DNA from: Dehalococcoidia bacterium
GTDB taxonomy: Bacteria; Chloroflexota; Dehalococcoidia; GIF9; UBA5629
Length of the DNA stretch: 64,000 bases
Assembly: GCA_050011565.1 (NCBI GenBank)
Contig: JBEKIW010000001.1
Coordinates: forward strand, 608,001-672,000
Direction of reading: 5' to 3'
Within the stretch, counting starts at the first letter, position 1, and each line of letters starts with the position of its first letter. The notes under the pieces were generated by a model, which was not told where the DNA came from, did not search any database, and worked only from the letters and a program-made list of their open reading frames with translations. Positions 27,987 through 39,408 of this stretch are shown here, piece after piece. Made by a program: the position numbers and the translations under genes.

Positions 27987-30653
27987 GTGAATAGTGACCA
28001 GATAAGAAAAGCCTTTTTAGGCTTTTTCGAGGAAAAGCAGCACCATATTATTCCCAGCTCGTCTTTAGTGCCTCAAGACGACCCGACGCTCTTATTGACT
28101 ACCGCCGGCATGGTCCAAATCAAGCCTTATTTCCTGGGATCGGCAATACCACCAGCTCCGCGTTTGGTATCGTGCCAGAAGTGCTTCCGCACCACAGATA
28201 TCAATTCAGTCGGCGATGCCAGGCACCTGACTTTCTTTGAGATGCTGGGGAACTTCAGCGTGGGCGACTACTTTAAGAAGGAGGCTATAGCCTGGGCATG
28301 GGAATTTGTTACCGAACGGTTAAAGCTCAAGCCGGAACGACTGTGGGTATCCATCTATTTGGACGATGATGAATCGTTTGAATACTGGCGTAAAATTGGC
28401 TTTCCTGAAGATAAAATAGTGCGGCTCGGAGAGGCAGATAATTTCTGGGGTCCGGCCGGCGATTCGGGACCATGCGGGCCTTGCAGCGAAATACACTACG
28501 ATTTTGGCATGGAGGCCGGCTGCGGAAAGCCTGAATGCAGGCCCGGCTGCGACTGTGGGCGCTTTTCGGAAATATGGAACCTGGTTTTTACCCAGTACAA
28601 CCAGGACCGCGATGGAAAGCGAACCCCTTTGCCAAAGCCGAACATCGATACCGGAATGGGACTGGAAAGAACCGCAGCCATGATGCAGGGTGCGTCTTCA
28701 GTTTATGACACAGACCTTTTCATTCCCCTGCGAAATAAGATAAGCGACATAACCGGAGTGAAATATGGCAAGAGCCAAAGTAACGACCAGGCTGTCAGGA
28801 TTATAGCGGAACACGGTCGAGGCATCACCTTCCTCATCGCTGACGGTGTTCTGCCGTCCAACGAAGGCAGAGGCTACGTTCTGCGCCGGGTACTGCGGAG
28901 AGCCTGCTTTTTCGGCAGGAAACTGGGCACAGAGGAGCCATTCCTCAGCCGGATAGCGGAAACCGTTATCGCCGGTATGGGACACGTTTATCCTGAGCTG
29001 GTAAAAAACCACAGCCTTATACAAGAAGTAGTTAAGGTAGAAGAGGAAAAATTCACCAGCACCCTGGATGCCGGGATTAATCTGGTGGACAAAGCCGTCG
29101 ATGAGGCTCTGAGGCGGGGCAGAAACGTTATCACAGGCGAGGAAGCTTTCAGGTTTTGGGATACATACGGTTTTCCTCTGGAATTGACTGTCGAAATCTC
29201 TCGGGAAAAGGGACTGGATGTTGACGTAGCTGGCTTTGAGGCTGAGATGGAGAAGCAGCGGGAAAGAGCCAGGGCTGTTCACAAGTTCGGGGGCAATCAG
29301 GGTGTTGATAAGGTTAAAGCTACAAAAACTTATAAACCTGAGCCCACGAGCTTTATGGGCTATGATAAATTGAAGTCTAGCTCCAAGGTTAGCCACCTGT
29401 TTGACCAGAAGTCGTTGCAGCCAGTAGATTCTGCCGGCAAGGGCCAAAAGGTAGCTGTTGTTCTGGATAAGACGCCTTTCTATGGTGAGATGGGAGGACA
29501 GGTGGGCGATACCGGCAAGATAACCTCCGGCTCCAGCCAAATCGATATCACAGATACAGCTTGGTCTCCCTACGGCAATCTGGCTGAAGGCGCTATCATA
29601 CATCTGGGTCAGGTGGTTAAAGGGACTATCTCGGTAGGGGATTCCGTTGAAGCTTCGGTAGACTTAGCACGCCGTTTTGACACTGCCCGGAATCACACGG
29701 CTACTCACCTGCTTCAGGCAGCGCTGCGCCAGGTGCTGGGCAGCCACGTTCAGCAGAGAGGCTCTCTGGTTCATCCCGATGGCTTTCGGTTTGATTTCTC
29801 TCAACTGAACCCAATTAGTAAACAGCGGCTTGATGAAATACAGCACATCGTCAATGAACGGATAAGAGAGAATCTGCGCGTAGAAAGCAAAGAGATTCCT
29901 TATGAGCAGATTAAGCAAGATATTGAAAATGGTGATATCATCGCTCTTTTTGATGAGAAGTATAAAGACAAAGTTAGGGTGCTGAAAATAGGTGAATCTC
30001 CGATAAGCGCCGAACTCTGCGGTGGCACCCACGTCAAATCAACAGGTGAAATCGGTCTTTTTATCATAACCAGAGAAAGCAGCATAGGCACTGGTCTGCG
30101 CCGCATCGAAGCTGTCACCGGAAGAGGTGCTGAGACTTTGGTTCGAGAGCGACTTGAGGCACTTGAAACAATAGCCGAAGAGATGAGCACTTCAACCCAA
30201 GAAGCCCCCAAGAAGGTTAAGGCGGTTATTGCCGAGCTAACTGCTCAACTCAAACTTTCGGCTTCTCGGGAGATGGAGCTAGCAAGAGATAGGGTTGATA
30301 CCCTGCAGGGTAAAGCCGAGAAGGTCAACGGCATAACAGTGTTATCGGCTAAAGTGCCGTCGGCTTCGTTTGAAATCCTTAGAGAAATGGGAGATCTATT
30401 GAAAGACCGGTTGCAGAGCGCCGTTATTGTGCTGGGGACAGTTTACGACGGCAAACCTGGTTTTGTGGCTATGGTTACACCGGATTTGGTAAACAGAGGG
30501 CTGCATGCCGGCGACATCGTGAAGCAGGTTGCCGGGGTCACCGGTGGCGGTGGCGGCGGCAAGGCAAACATGGCACAGGCCGGAGGTAAAGACAAGAATA
30601 AGCTCGATGAGGCCCTGGAAGTGGTAAAGCGGTTGGTTCAGAAAGTCGGGTGA
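27987..30653 (+). CDS. alaS: Alanine--tRNA ligase
   Basis: HLTFFEMLGNFS, IDTGMGLER, HTATH/CGGTH editing motifs, GGGGGG...AQAGG. Confidence 0.98.
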   Translation: MNSDQIRKAFLGFFEEKQHHIIPSSSLVPQDDPTLLLTTAGMVQIKPYFLGSAIPPAPRLVSCQKCFRTTDINSVGDARHLTFFEMLGNFSVGDYFKKEAIAWAWEFVTERLKLKPERLWVSIYLDDDESFEYWRKIGFPEDKIVRLGEADNFWGPAGDSGPCGPCSEIHYDFGMEAGCGKPECRPGCDCGRFSEIWNLVFTQYNQDRDGKRTPLPKPNIDTGMGLERTAAMMQGASSVYDTDLFIPLRNKISDITGVKYGKSQSNDQAVRIIAEHGRGITFLIADGVLPSNEGRGYVLRRVLRRACFFGRKLGTEEPFLSRIAETVIAGMGHVYPELVKNHSLIQEVVKVEEEKFTSTLDAGINLVDKAVDEALRRGRNVITGEEAFRFWDTYGFPLELTVEISREKGLDVDVAGFEAEMEKQRERARAVHKFGGNQGVDKVKATKTYKPEPTSFMGYDKLKSSSKVSHLFDQKSLQPVDSAGKGQKVAVVLDKTPFYGEMGGQVGDTGKITSGSSQIDITDTAWSPYGNLAEGAIIHLGQVVKGTISVGDSVEASVDLARRFDTARNHTATHLLQAALRQVLGSHVQQRGSLVHPDGFRFDFSQLNPISKQRLDEIQHIVNERIRENLRVESKEIPYEQIKQDIENGDIIALFDEKYKDKVRVLKIGESPISAELCGGTHVKSTGEIGLFIITRESSIGTGLRRIEAVTGRGAETLVRERLEALETIAEEMSTSTQEAPKKVKAVIAELTAQLKLSASREMELARDRVDTLQGKAEKVNGITVLSAKVPSASFEILREMGDLLKDRLQSAVIVLGTVYDGKPGFVAMVTPDLVNRGLHAGDIVKQVAGVTGGGGGGKANMAQAGGKDKNKLDEALEVVKRLVQKVG

Positions 30654-30662
30654 TAGCTAAAG

Positions 30663-31085
30663 ATGCGCATATTGGGACTGGATATAGGGGATAAGAGAGT
30701 GGGGGTTGCCATCAGCGACCCCGAAGAAATTATAGCCAGTCCGCTGACGGTTATAACCAGAGACAACGATAGCTCGACCATAGACACCATTGTACGGCTC
30801 ATGGGCCAGTACGACGTAAAACTGATTGTAGTGGGCTTGCCTTATTCTTTAGACGGAAGCCTGGGCAGGCAGGCAAGCAAGGTAAAAGATTTTGTCGATA
30901 AGCTTTCCCAAAACACCAGTGCCGGCATCGAGCTATGGGACGAGCGCCTATCCACTGTGGCTGTGGAGCGCTTGCTGAGAGGAGCCGGAAATAAGAAGGC
31001 TAGAGAAAGGTCGCGCCTTGATGCTGCTGCCGCGGCTTTTATCTTGCAGGGATACCTGGATAGCCTGAAAGTCTGTGACCAGTGA
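30663..31085 (+). CDS. ruvX: YqgF/RuvX pre-16S rRNA nuclease
   Basis: LGLDIGDKRVGVA, VVGLP, DERLST, DAAAA. Confidence 0.95.
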   Translation: MRILGLDIGDKRVGVAISDPEEIIASPLTVITRDNDSSTIDTIVRLMGQYDVKLIVVGLPYSLDGSLGRQASKVKDFVDKLSQNTSAGIELWDERLSTVAVERLLRGAGNKKARERSRLDAAAAAFILQGYLDSLKVCDQ

Positions 31086-31957
31086 CACAGTTCATCGGCG
31101 TTATCGGTTACCCACTGAAGCACTCGATATCTCCTGACTTCCAGCAGGCAGCTTTAGATTACTACAAGCTCGATATGCGTTATGAAGCCCGGGAGGTGAA
31201 GGCCGACGATTTGCCGTCGGCCGTTAATCAACTGAGACAACCTCAGAATCTGGGAGCGAACATAACCGTACCTTATAAAGAGACGGTAATAGGCCTTTTA
31301 GACAAGATTGATGACTTTGCCGGACTTGTCGGCGCGGTGAACACGGTAGTCAATAGCGATGGCAGGCTGGCGGGTTTCAATACCGATGCGCCCGGTTTTC
31401 TTAAGGCCCTGCGTGTGGATGCCGGTTTTGAACCGGCAAACAAGAAGGTGCTCATTCTCGGCGCCGGCGGTGCCGCTCGCGCCGTTAGTTTTAGCCTACT
31501 GCAGGAAAAGGTAAGCGTTTTGATTATCGCTAACCGCTCCCTGGCGAAGGCAGAGAATTTAGCCGGCGCACTGGCTAAACAGGCGGCTAACAGCAAGATG
31601 AAAACCGAAATAGAGGTTGTTCCGTTATCAAGCGCGAATCTAAAGAAGACGGTGGTTCAATGTCAGTTGATAGTCAACTGTACCACAGTTGGGATGAAGT
31701 GTTCTTCTGAAGAGGGCCTGTCGCCTTTAGTGTCGGGTCTAATACCCAAAGATGCTCTGGTTTACGACTTGGTGTATAATCCTTCACAAACGCCATTGCT
31801 GAAAATGGCCAAAGCGGCGGGTACCAAAACCCTTGGCGGCTTGCCCATGCTGGTTTATCAGGGGGCTGCTTCGTTTAAGCTGTGGACGGGCAGGGAAGCA
31901 CCGCTTGACATAATGTTAACAGCCGCCAGGAAAGCATTAGTCGGAATAGGAGGTTAA
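31082..31957 (+). CDS. aroE: Shikimate dehydrogenase
   Basis: HSISP, NITVPYK, GAVNT, NTD, GAGGAA, DLVYNP. Confidence 0.96.
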   Translation: MTQFIGVIGYPLKHSISPDFQQAALDYYKLDMRYEAREVKADDLPSAVNQLRQPQNLGANITVPYKETVIGLLDKIDDFAGLVGAVNTVVNSDGRLAGFNTDAPGFLKALRVDAGFEPANKKVLILGAGGAARAVSFSLLQEKVSVLIIANRSLAKAENLAGALAKQAANSKMKTEIEVVPLSSANLKKTVVQCQLIVNCTTVGMKCSSEEGLSPLVSGLIPKDALVYDLVYNPSQTPLLKMAKAAGTKTLGGLPMLVYQGAASFKLWTGREAPLDIMLTAARKALVGIGG

Positions 31958-31960
31958 CCT

Positions 31961-32872
31961 ATGAAGAACTTTACGGCAATCATTTGCCTGACGGCTTTGC
32001 TGGTCGTATTTGCCGTGTCGACTTCTTGTACTTTTGCCCAGAATAAGGTCGCGGTCATCTCGCTCAGCGGGCCGATACAGTCGGAGAGTTCCGGCTTTTT
32101 CTTCGGCGGTAGCGTTATTACTCCTGAGTCAGTTCGAACTGAGCTGGAGCGAGCTAAGAACGATGTCAGTGTCAAAGCTATCGTCCTTCAAATAAACAGC
32201 CCGGGCGGCAGTGTCGCTGCCTCTCAGGAAATTGTTAACCTGCTTGAGCAGGTAAAGAAGCCCGTCGTGGTCAGCATGGGCGATCTGGCCGCTTCAGGCG
32301 GATATTACATCTCAGCAGGGGCCGACAAAATCGTGGCTTTGCCCGGTACTCTGACCGGCAGTATCGGTGTTATCTCCGAAATGCCCAATCTCAAGGGGCT
32401 GTTTGATAAGCTCGGAATAGACATGCAGGTTTTCATAGCCGGCAAACATAAAGATATGTACGCCGGATTTAGAGACCTGACTCCGGAAGAAAAAGTGATT
32501 ATGCAGGATATGACCGACCAGCTCTATGACCAGTTCGTACAGGTTGTTGCCAAGGGCAGGAATTTAAGCGAGGACAAGGTCAGAGAATTAGCCACCGGAC
32601 AGCTTTATACCGGGATACAGGCCAAGGAACTAGGACTGGTGGATGAGCTGGGCGGACTTCAGACGGCCCTAGATTCAGCGGCCAGTCTGGCCGGCATTTC
32701 GAAGCCGGAAGTGGAGTACTATAAACCGCAAGCTCCATCTCTGCTGAATAGTTTGCTGGGTATGGGCTGGCAGAAGCTAAGCAGCCTCATTCAGCCGACA
32801 TCATTAAGTGCCGAAGATATTATCCTGCTGGAAACATTGACTAATCCTTACCCGCAGCCGGAATATCGATAA
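31961..32872 (+). CDS. sppA: Signal peptide peptidase SppA (36K type)
   Basis: INSPGG, AASGGYY, TGSIGV, GLVDELG. Confidence 0.95.
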   Translation: MKNFTAIICLTALLVVFAVSTSCTFAQNKVAVISLSGPIQSESSGFFFGGSVITPESVRTELERAKNDVSVKAIVLQINSPGGSVAASQEIVNLLEQVKKPVVVSMGDLAASGGYYISAGADKIVALPGTLTGSIGVISEMPNLKGLFDKLGIDMQVFIAGKHKDMYAGFRDLTPEEKVIMQDMTDQLYDQFVQVVAKGRNLSEDKVRELATGQLYTGIQAKELGLVDELGGLQTALDSAASLAGISKPEVEYYKPQAPSLLNSLLGMGWQKLSSLIQPTSLSAEDIILLETLTNPYPQPEYR

Positions 32873-32893
32873 TTGGTTTAGGAAGCAGAAATA

Positions 32894-34084
32894 ATGGGAC
32901 AGTTTCGTTTTCTTACCGCCGGTGAGTCACATGGCAGGGGGCTGGTAGCGGTTATCGAGGGGATGGTCGCCGGCTTGCCGATTAGTGAAGATGACATAGC
33001 TCAAGACCTTAAGCGGCGGCAGGCGGGCTACGGCCGAAGCGCCCGCATGAAAATCGAGCATGACAAAGCCGAGATTATCTCGGGAGTACGCCACGGCCTT
33101 ACCATCGGCAGCCCCATAAGCCTGCTCATTTGGAATCGCGTCTGGGAAGACTGGCGGGAGATAATGAGCATTGCTCCGGTGGGCAAGAAAATACAGCCCA
33201 TAACTACACCTCGACCGGGACATGCCGACCTAGCCGGAGTGACTAAATACGGCGTTGAGGATATTCGGCTCATTTTGGAGCGTGCCAGCGCCCGGGAGAC
33301 AGCAGCCAGAGTCGCTGTCGGCGCTGTAGCCAGAAGATTTCTCGATGAATTCGGCGTCTCTATACATAGCCATACCATAAGCATCGGTAAACACCGGGCC
33401 AAACAGCTCAAGTCGATAAATTGGCAGCGGGTAGAGAAATCACCTGTCCGCTGTGCCGATGGCGGAGCCGAAAAGGCGATGATGGCGGCTATCGATGAAG
33501 CCAGGGCCGAGGGGGATACTCTCGGCGGTGTCTTCGAGGTAATTGCTGCCGGCGTACCTGTCGGATTGGGCAGCCACGTCCAGTGGGACCGCCGACTTAC
33601 GGGCCAAATCGCTCAAGCCATAATGAGCATACCCGCGGTGAAAGGCGTCGAGATAGGCGACGGCTTTTCGGTGGCCGGTGCCAAGGGTTCTCAGGCACAG
33701 GACGTAATCGAAGCCAGCCCGAAAGGAGCCACTTTAACCTGGCGTCGAGTCACCAATAATGCCGGCGGTATCGAAGGCGGCATGAGCAATGGAGAACCGA
33801 TTGTGGTCCGCGCCGCGATAAAACCCATCGCCACCCTGGGCAAGCCGCTGCCCACCGTTGACTTGAAGACCGGAAAGAGTGCTGAGGCTCATTATGAGCG
33901 CAGCGATATCTGTGTCGTCCCCGCCGCCGGAGTCATCGGCGAAGCCATGCTGGCCATCGTCCTGGCCAATGCTATGCTGGAGAAGTTCGGCGGCGACCAC
34001 TTGAAAGAGACTCTGGCCAACTATAAAAACTACATTAGCTCTGCTTACTCACACAACCGTTATGCGGCGTCGAAGAGAAAATAA
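32894..34084 (+). CDS. aroC: Chorismate synthase
   Basis: TAGESHG, RPGHAD, RASARETA, GGIEGG, ERSD. Confidence 0.97.
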   Translation: MGQFRFLTAGESHGRGLVAVIEGMVAGLPISEDDIAQDLKRRQAGYGRSARMKIEHDKAEIISGVRHGLTIGSPISLLIWNRVWEDWREIMSIAPVGKKIQPITTPRPGHADLAGVTKYGVEDIRLILERASARETAARVAVGAVARRFLDEFGVSIHSHTISIGKHRAKQLKSINWQRVEKSPVRCADGGAEKAMMAAIDEARAEGDTLGGVFEVIAAGVPVGLGSHVQWDRRLTGQIAQAIMSIPAVKGVEIGDGFSVAGAKGSQAQDVIEASPKGATLTWRRVTNNAGGIEGGMSNGEPIVVRAAIKPIATLGKPLPTVDLKTGKSAEAHYERSDICVVPAAGVIGEAMLAIVLANAMLEKFGGDHLKETLANYKNYISSAYSHNRYAASKRK

Positions 34085-35720
34085 GAATATCGCCCTCATC
34101 GGTTTCTCAGCTACCGGTAAAACAGTTGTTGCCCAAAAAGTAGCTGCGCACTTGAACTGGACGTTCATTGACGCCGATGATGAAATAGTCAAGCTAAGCG
34201 GCAAGGCTATTCCCGAAATCTTCAAGCAGGACGGCGAGGAGAAGTTCCGGCGGCTGGAGAGCCAGGTATTAAAGCAGGCCTGTCACAAAGAGCACGCGGT
34301 CATAGCCACCGGCGGCGGCGCTATAATCGACCCCACAAACCAGAGCCTGCTTCTTGAAACCGGCACAGTTGTTTGTCTGGAAGCCAGGTCGGAGACTGTG
34401 TATCAGCGCTTGCTCCATGACACTCTTTACTCGGAAAACCCCGTAGTCCGCCCTCTGCTTGCCGGCGATAATCCGCTGGAGCGCATTAAGCAGCTTAAAA
34501 CCAGGCGCCAGCCTTACTATGCTATGGCCGACTGGACGGTTCACACCGATAACCTGACCGTTGAGGAAGTCAGCCGGGAGGTAATAAAAGGCTGGCAGTA
34601 TATAAATCGTGGTAAACGATCCATTGAAGCCGATTTGGCCTGCAGGGTCCAGACCACAACTGCCGAATACCCCGTATTTGCCGGCTGGGGGATACTGGAC
34701 AAGCTGGCAGAAAAAATGAAAGCGGCCGGCTTATCGGGCACGGCTAACATTGTCAGTGATGAAACAGTCTTCTCCATTTACGGTGCTAAGGTCAAGAAAG
34801 CGCTGCAAAAAGCCGGCTTTGACGTCAATTCCTGTGTAGTGCCGCCCGGCGAAGCCTCAAAGAACATTTCTCAGGCTGTTAAAATTTATGATTATCTCAT
34901 CGAGCGCCGGGTAGAGAGAAACGACGTGATAGTGGCTCTGGGTGGCGGCATGATTGGCGACTTGGCCGGCTTCGTCGCGGCCACCTTTTTAAGAGGCTTG
35001 CCCTGGCTGCAGGTGCCCACCAGCCTGATAGCCATGACCGACGCCAGCATTGGCGGTAAGGTAGCTGTCGACCACCCAAAGGGGAAAAACCTGATAGGTG
35101 CTTTTTATCAGCCGTGTCTTGTCCTGGCCGACATTAATACCTTGACCACCTTACCTCATCGTGAGCTTACCTCAGGATGGGCCGAGGTTATAAAGCACGG
35201 GTTGATTCTCGATGCTGATTTCCTCAAGCTCCTTGAGGACAATGCCAAAGACCTGATTAAGCTAAAGCGGGACATTACTGTCAAAGTCATCGCTCGCAGC
35301 GCAGCCATTAAATGCCGGGTTGTCTCTGAAGATGAGCGAGAAACCGAAAAACGCACCATTCTAAACTACGGGCACACAGTAGCCCACGGACTGGAAGCGG
35401 CTACTGACTACGGCCGTTTTCTCCACGGTGAAGCCGTGGCCATTGGCATGATGGCTGCTGCCAGACTGAGCCATCGGTTGAAGCTCCTATCCGAAAAGGC
35501 TGTCGACCGCCACGAAGCAATCTTACAGAAGTTCGGTTTACCTACCGATTGCTCCGGTGTGGCTGTGAATGATGTGCTGGCGGCTATGGAGCTGGATAAA
35601 AAAGTGCGGGGTAAAGCTATCAGATGGGTACTGCTTGAAGATATCGGCCGGGTCGTAATACGCAGCGACGTGCCGACGAAAGATGTATTGACTGTCATTC
35701 GACAGGTGATAAGACCTTGA
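34062..35720 (+). CDS. aroKB: Bifunctional shikimate kinase / 3-dehydroquinate synthase
   Basis: N-terminal GFSATGKT, ATGGG, RPLL; C-terminal GGGMIGD, GAFYQP, LNYGHT, HGEAV. Confidence 0.95.
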   Translation: MRRRRENKNIALIGFSATGKTVVAQKVAAHLNWTFIDADDEIVKLSGKAIPEIFKQDGEEKFRRLESQVLKQACHKEHAVIATGGGAIIDPTNQSLLLETGTVVCLEARSETVYQRLLHDTLYSENPVVRPLLAGDNPLERIKQLKTRRQPYYAMADWTVHTDNLTVEEVSREVIKGWQYINRGKRSIEADLACRVQTTTAEYPVFAGWGILDKLAEKMKAAGLSGTANIVSDETVFSIYGAKVKKALQKAGFDVNSCVVPPGEASKNISQAVKIYDYLIERRVERNDVIVALGGGMIGDLAGFVAATFLRGLPWLQVPTSLIAMTDASIGGKVAVDHPKGKNLIGAFYQPCLVLADINTLTTLPHRELTSGWAEVIKHGLILDADFLKLLEDNAKDLIKLKRDITVKVIARSAAIKCRVVSEDERETEKRTILNYGHTVAHGLEAATDYGRFLHGEAVAIGMMAAARLSHRLKLLSEKAVDRHEAILQKFGLPTDCSGVAVNDVLAAMELDKKVRGKAIRWVLLEDIGRVVIRSDVPTKDVLTVIRQVIRP

Positions 35721-36583
35721 CCATAGCCCTGAGCAAGCGGGCCACATTCCTGGACTATATTAGTGTCCTGAAACCCGTAGAGACCAGCCTGCTTACCTTT
35801 ATCGGTATTGTCTCCGCCACTATTGCCTCCGGTGGCTACCCGCCGGCCAAAGCCTTTTTTCTCGTTCTGGTTGCCGTACTTTTGGGCAGCGCCGGCTCCA
35901 ACGGGCTGACCAACTATCTCGACCGTGAAGTCGACGCTCAAATGACCAGGACATACAATCGTGCTCTACCCTCGAGGCGAATCAACCCTCCACAGAAAGC
36001 TCTACCGCTTATTATCGGGCTTATAGTTGCTGGACTAGCCTTAGCCTGGGTGCTGAATCCGCTCTGTTTCGTAATCGGAGCTGTCGGCGTCATAGCTTCG
36101 TCGGTATGGCGCAAGACAATCTCATGTACTTTTCTAGGCATAGTTGCCGGCTGCAGCCCCGTGCTTATCGGATGGCTGGCCATAAGTCCAGCATTCGATA
36201 CCAGAATCCTCTTGTTGTGCGCTCTGGTGGCTATCTGGACGCCGATTCACGTCTGGACTTTAATGATTGCCAACCGGGAAGATTATTTAGGTGCCGGTTT
36301 GCATTACTTTCCATTGAGCTGGCAGGTAAAAGATGTGGTCAAAATACTTTTCGGCCTATCGATAATGCTCTATACGGTTTCTATGCTCATTTACGTAGCC
36401 GGCGGATTTCATTTGCTGTATCTGATTTTAGCCAATATACTCGGCGCCTTGATGATTTACGCCAATGCCCGCCTGCTGTTTTCCATGACATCGACGGCTG
36501 CCTGGCGTGTCTATAAACTATCTGCCTTTCCCTATCTAGGCATTATTTTCCTGACCATGGCCCTGGATATCTGGTTAATGTAA
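35717..36583 (+). CDS. UbiA-family prenyltransferase, heme O synthase (CyoE/CtaB)-like
   Basis: NYLDREVDAQMTRT.NRALP, WTPIH, EDY..AG. Confidence 0.82.
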   Translation: MTIALSKRATFLDYISVLKPVETSLLTFIGIVSATIASGGYPPAKAFFLVLVAVLLGSAGSNGLTNYLDREVDAQMTRTYNRALPSRRINPPQKALPLIIGLIVAGLALAWVLNPLCFVIGAVGVIASSVWRKTISCTFLGIVAGCSPVLIGWLAISPAFDTRILLLCALVAIWTPIHVWTLMIANREDYLGAGLHYFPLSWQVKDVVKILFGLSIMLYTVSMLIYVAGGFHLLYLILANILGALMIYANARLLFSMTSTAAWRVYKLSAFPYLGIIFLTMALDIWLM

Positions 36584-36585
36584 AT

Positions 36586-38043
36586 ATGGATGCCAGTCTT
36601 AGAGACATACTGGAAACTGCCTTTCATCCTGAATCTATTGCCGTAGCCGGAGCCTCGGAAGACCCTTTATCTTTCGGCCACCAGTTTTTCCGGCATCTGC
36701 TGGACTACGGCTACACAGGCCAAATTTATCCGGTGAACCCCAATAAAGAGTCTATATTCGGTCTTAAAGCTTATCCAAACCTGACTAGCATACCGGGAAA
36801 GGTTGACTACGTTATCTGCTGCCTGCCGGCATCTATGGTCCTGGACATGCTTAACGAATGTCCGGCCAAAGGAGTGAAGATCGTTCACCTGGTCACGGCT
36901 CGCCTGAGCGAAACCGGTCGCCGGGAAGCCGTAGAGCTTGAAGCCGAGATGCTTAAGGCGGCCCGAAGGTTAAACATACGTCTTATCGGCCCCAACTGTA
37001 TGGGCATTTATTATCCCCGTGGCAGAATTGCCAACGGATATAATTTACCCCGGGAAGCTGGAAATATCGGCGCCGTGTTTCAAAGCGGCGGCTCCTCCAC
37101 CATGCTCATCCGTTACGCAGAACTGCGCGGCCTTCGTTTCAGCAAGGTTATCAGCTACGGTAACGCACTGGATATAGATGAGAGCGATTTCCTGAACTAC
37201 CTGGCTCAGGATGATGAGACCGATATAATCGCCGCCTACTTTGAAGGTGTCAAAGACGGCAGGAAGTTCCTCAATGCTCTGAGTGACACTGCACGTATCA
37301 AACCCGTCATTGCCATAAAGGGCGGGCGGGGATTGGCCGGCTCCAGAGCCGTTACCTCGCACACAGCAGCTATCGCTGGCTCTATGTCTGTCTGGGAGAC
37401 AGTTTTCAAAAAGGCTGGAGTGATACCGGCTCAGGACTTAAGTGAGCTCGTCGACCTCCTGGTTGCCTTCTCCTTCCTGCCACCGATTACGGGATACAGG
37501 GTCGGCATAATGAGCGCCGGTGGCGGGCTATCGGTAATATCCGCCGATGTCTGTGAAGAGGCTGGCCTTAAGGTGCCGCCGATGCCCGCTAAAATCAGGG
37601 AGGAACTGAAGATAAAGGCGCCTGAGATATGGGACTGGATAGGAAACCCTATCGACATCTCCATAATGGGTGCGGTGTCTGTCGGTTTTGCTGAGATACT
37701 GAAGGAGCTGCCGAGATTAATTGCCGGAAGTCCTGACTTCGATTTCCTTATCGGTGAATTCAGCGACGATAATCCCTTTTTAACAGAGCTGTGGAGCGGT
37801 CTGGCTGCCGGTCAAACCGAAATGTTCATCAATTTGTACAATGAGAAATTAAAACCCATGATTGCCATAGTACACAGTGAGGCAGCCACTTCAGATTTGC
37901 CGTCATATGAACGCTGGAAGATACTAGCTGAGCAGCGAGCCAGGTATGCCGGTGCCCGGATTCCGACCTATTCAACAGTGGCTGAAGCGGCTAGAGCCGT
38001 TCGGAAATTCATTGACTATTGTCGAGCCAAAGCGGAGAGGTAG
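36586..38043 (+). CDS. ADP-forming acyl-CoA synthetase alpha (CoA-binding) subunit
   Basis: YPVNP, GPNCMG, QSGG, SYGN, SHT (phospho-His), NPID. Confidence 0.92.
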   Translation: MDASLRDILETAFHPESIAVAGASEDPLSFGHQFFRHLLDYGYTGQIYPVNPNKESIFGLKAYPNLTSIPGKVDYVICCLPASMVLDMLNECPAKGVKIVHLVTARLSETGRREAVELEAEMLKAARRLNIRLIGPNCMGIYYPRGRIANGYNLPREAGNIGAVFQSGGSSTMLIRYAELRGLRFSKVISYGNALDIDESDFLNYLAQDDETDIIAAYFEGVKDGRKFLNALSDTARIKPVIAIKGGRGLAGSRAVTSHTAAIAGSMSVWETVFKKAGVIPAQDLSELVDLLVAFSFLPPITGYRVGIMSAGGGLSVISADVCEEAGLKVPPMPAKIREELKIKAPEIWDWIGNPIDISIMGAVSVGFAEILKELPRLIAGSPDFDFLIGEFSDDNPFLTELWSGLAAGQTEMFINLYNEKLKPMIAIVHSEAATSDLPSYERWKILAEQRARYAGARIPTYSTVAEAARAVRKFIDYCRAKAER

Positions 38044-38089
38044 CTTCACAGCTTCGGCCGGTAGCCTTCTAAAAAACTAAGGAGCTTAA

Positions 38090-39265
<1,176 letters not shown>

Positions 39266-39329
39266 TGACATACCTTGGTCTATCCGCCCATTCCCGGGTG
39301 ATATTTCCTCAAAACATTTGAAAAACCCA

Positions 39330-39358
39330 TTGACAATAAGAATAATTAGGGGTAAATT
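39330..39358 (+). promoter_or_regulatory. Sigma70 promoter of the carboxylesterase gene
   Basis: TTGACA-17 nt-TAAATT, with AAGGAGG SD downstream. Confidence 0.6.
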
Positions 39359-39408
39359 ATGCACAGCGCCTGGGAACTTAAGAAATTTATACCACAAGGA
39401 GGTATGTA

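Noticed and set aside
28698-29603. 301-aa antisense ORF in alaS (similarly 53189..53995 in topA and 54652..55278 in dprA)
   Set aside because: Antisense shadows of conserved genes, with no domain signatures
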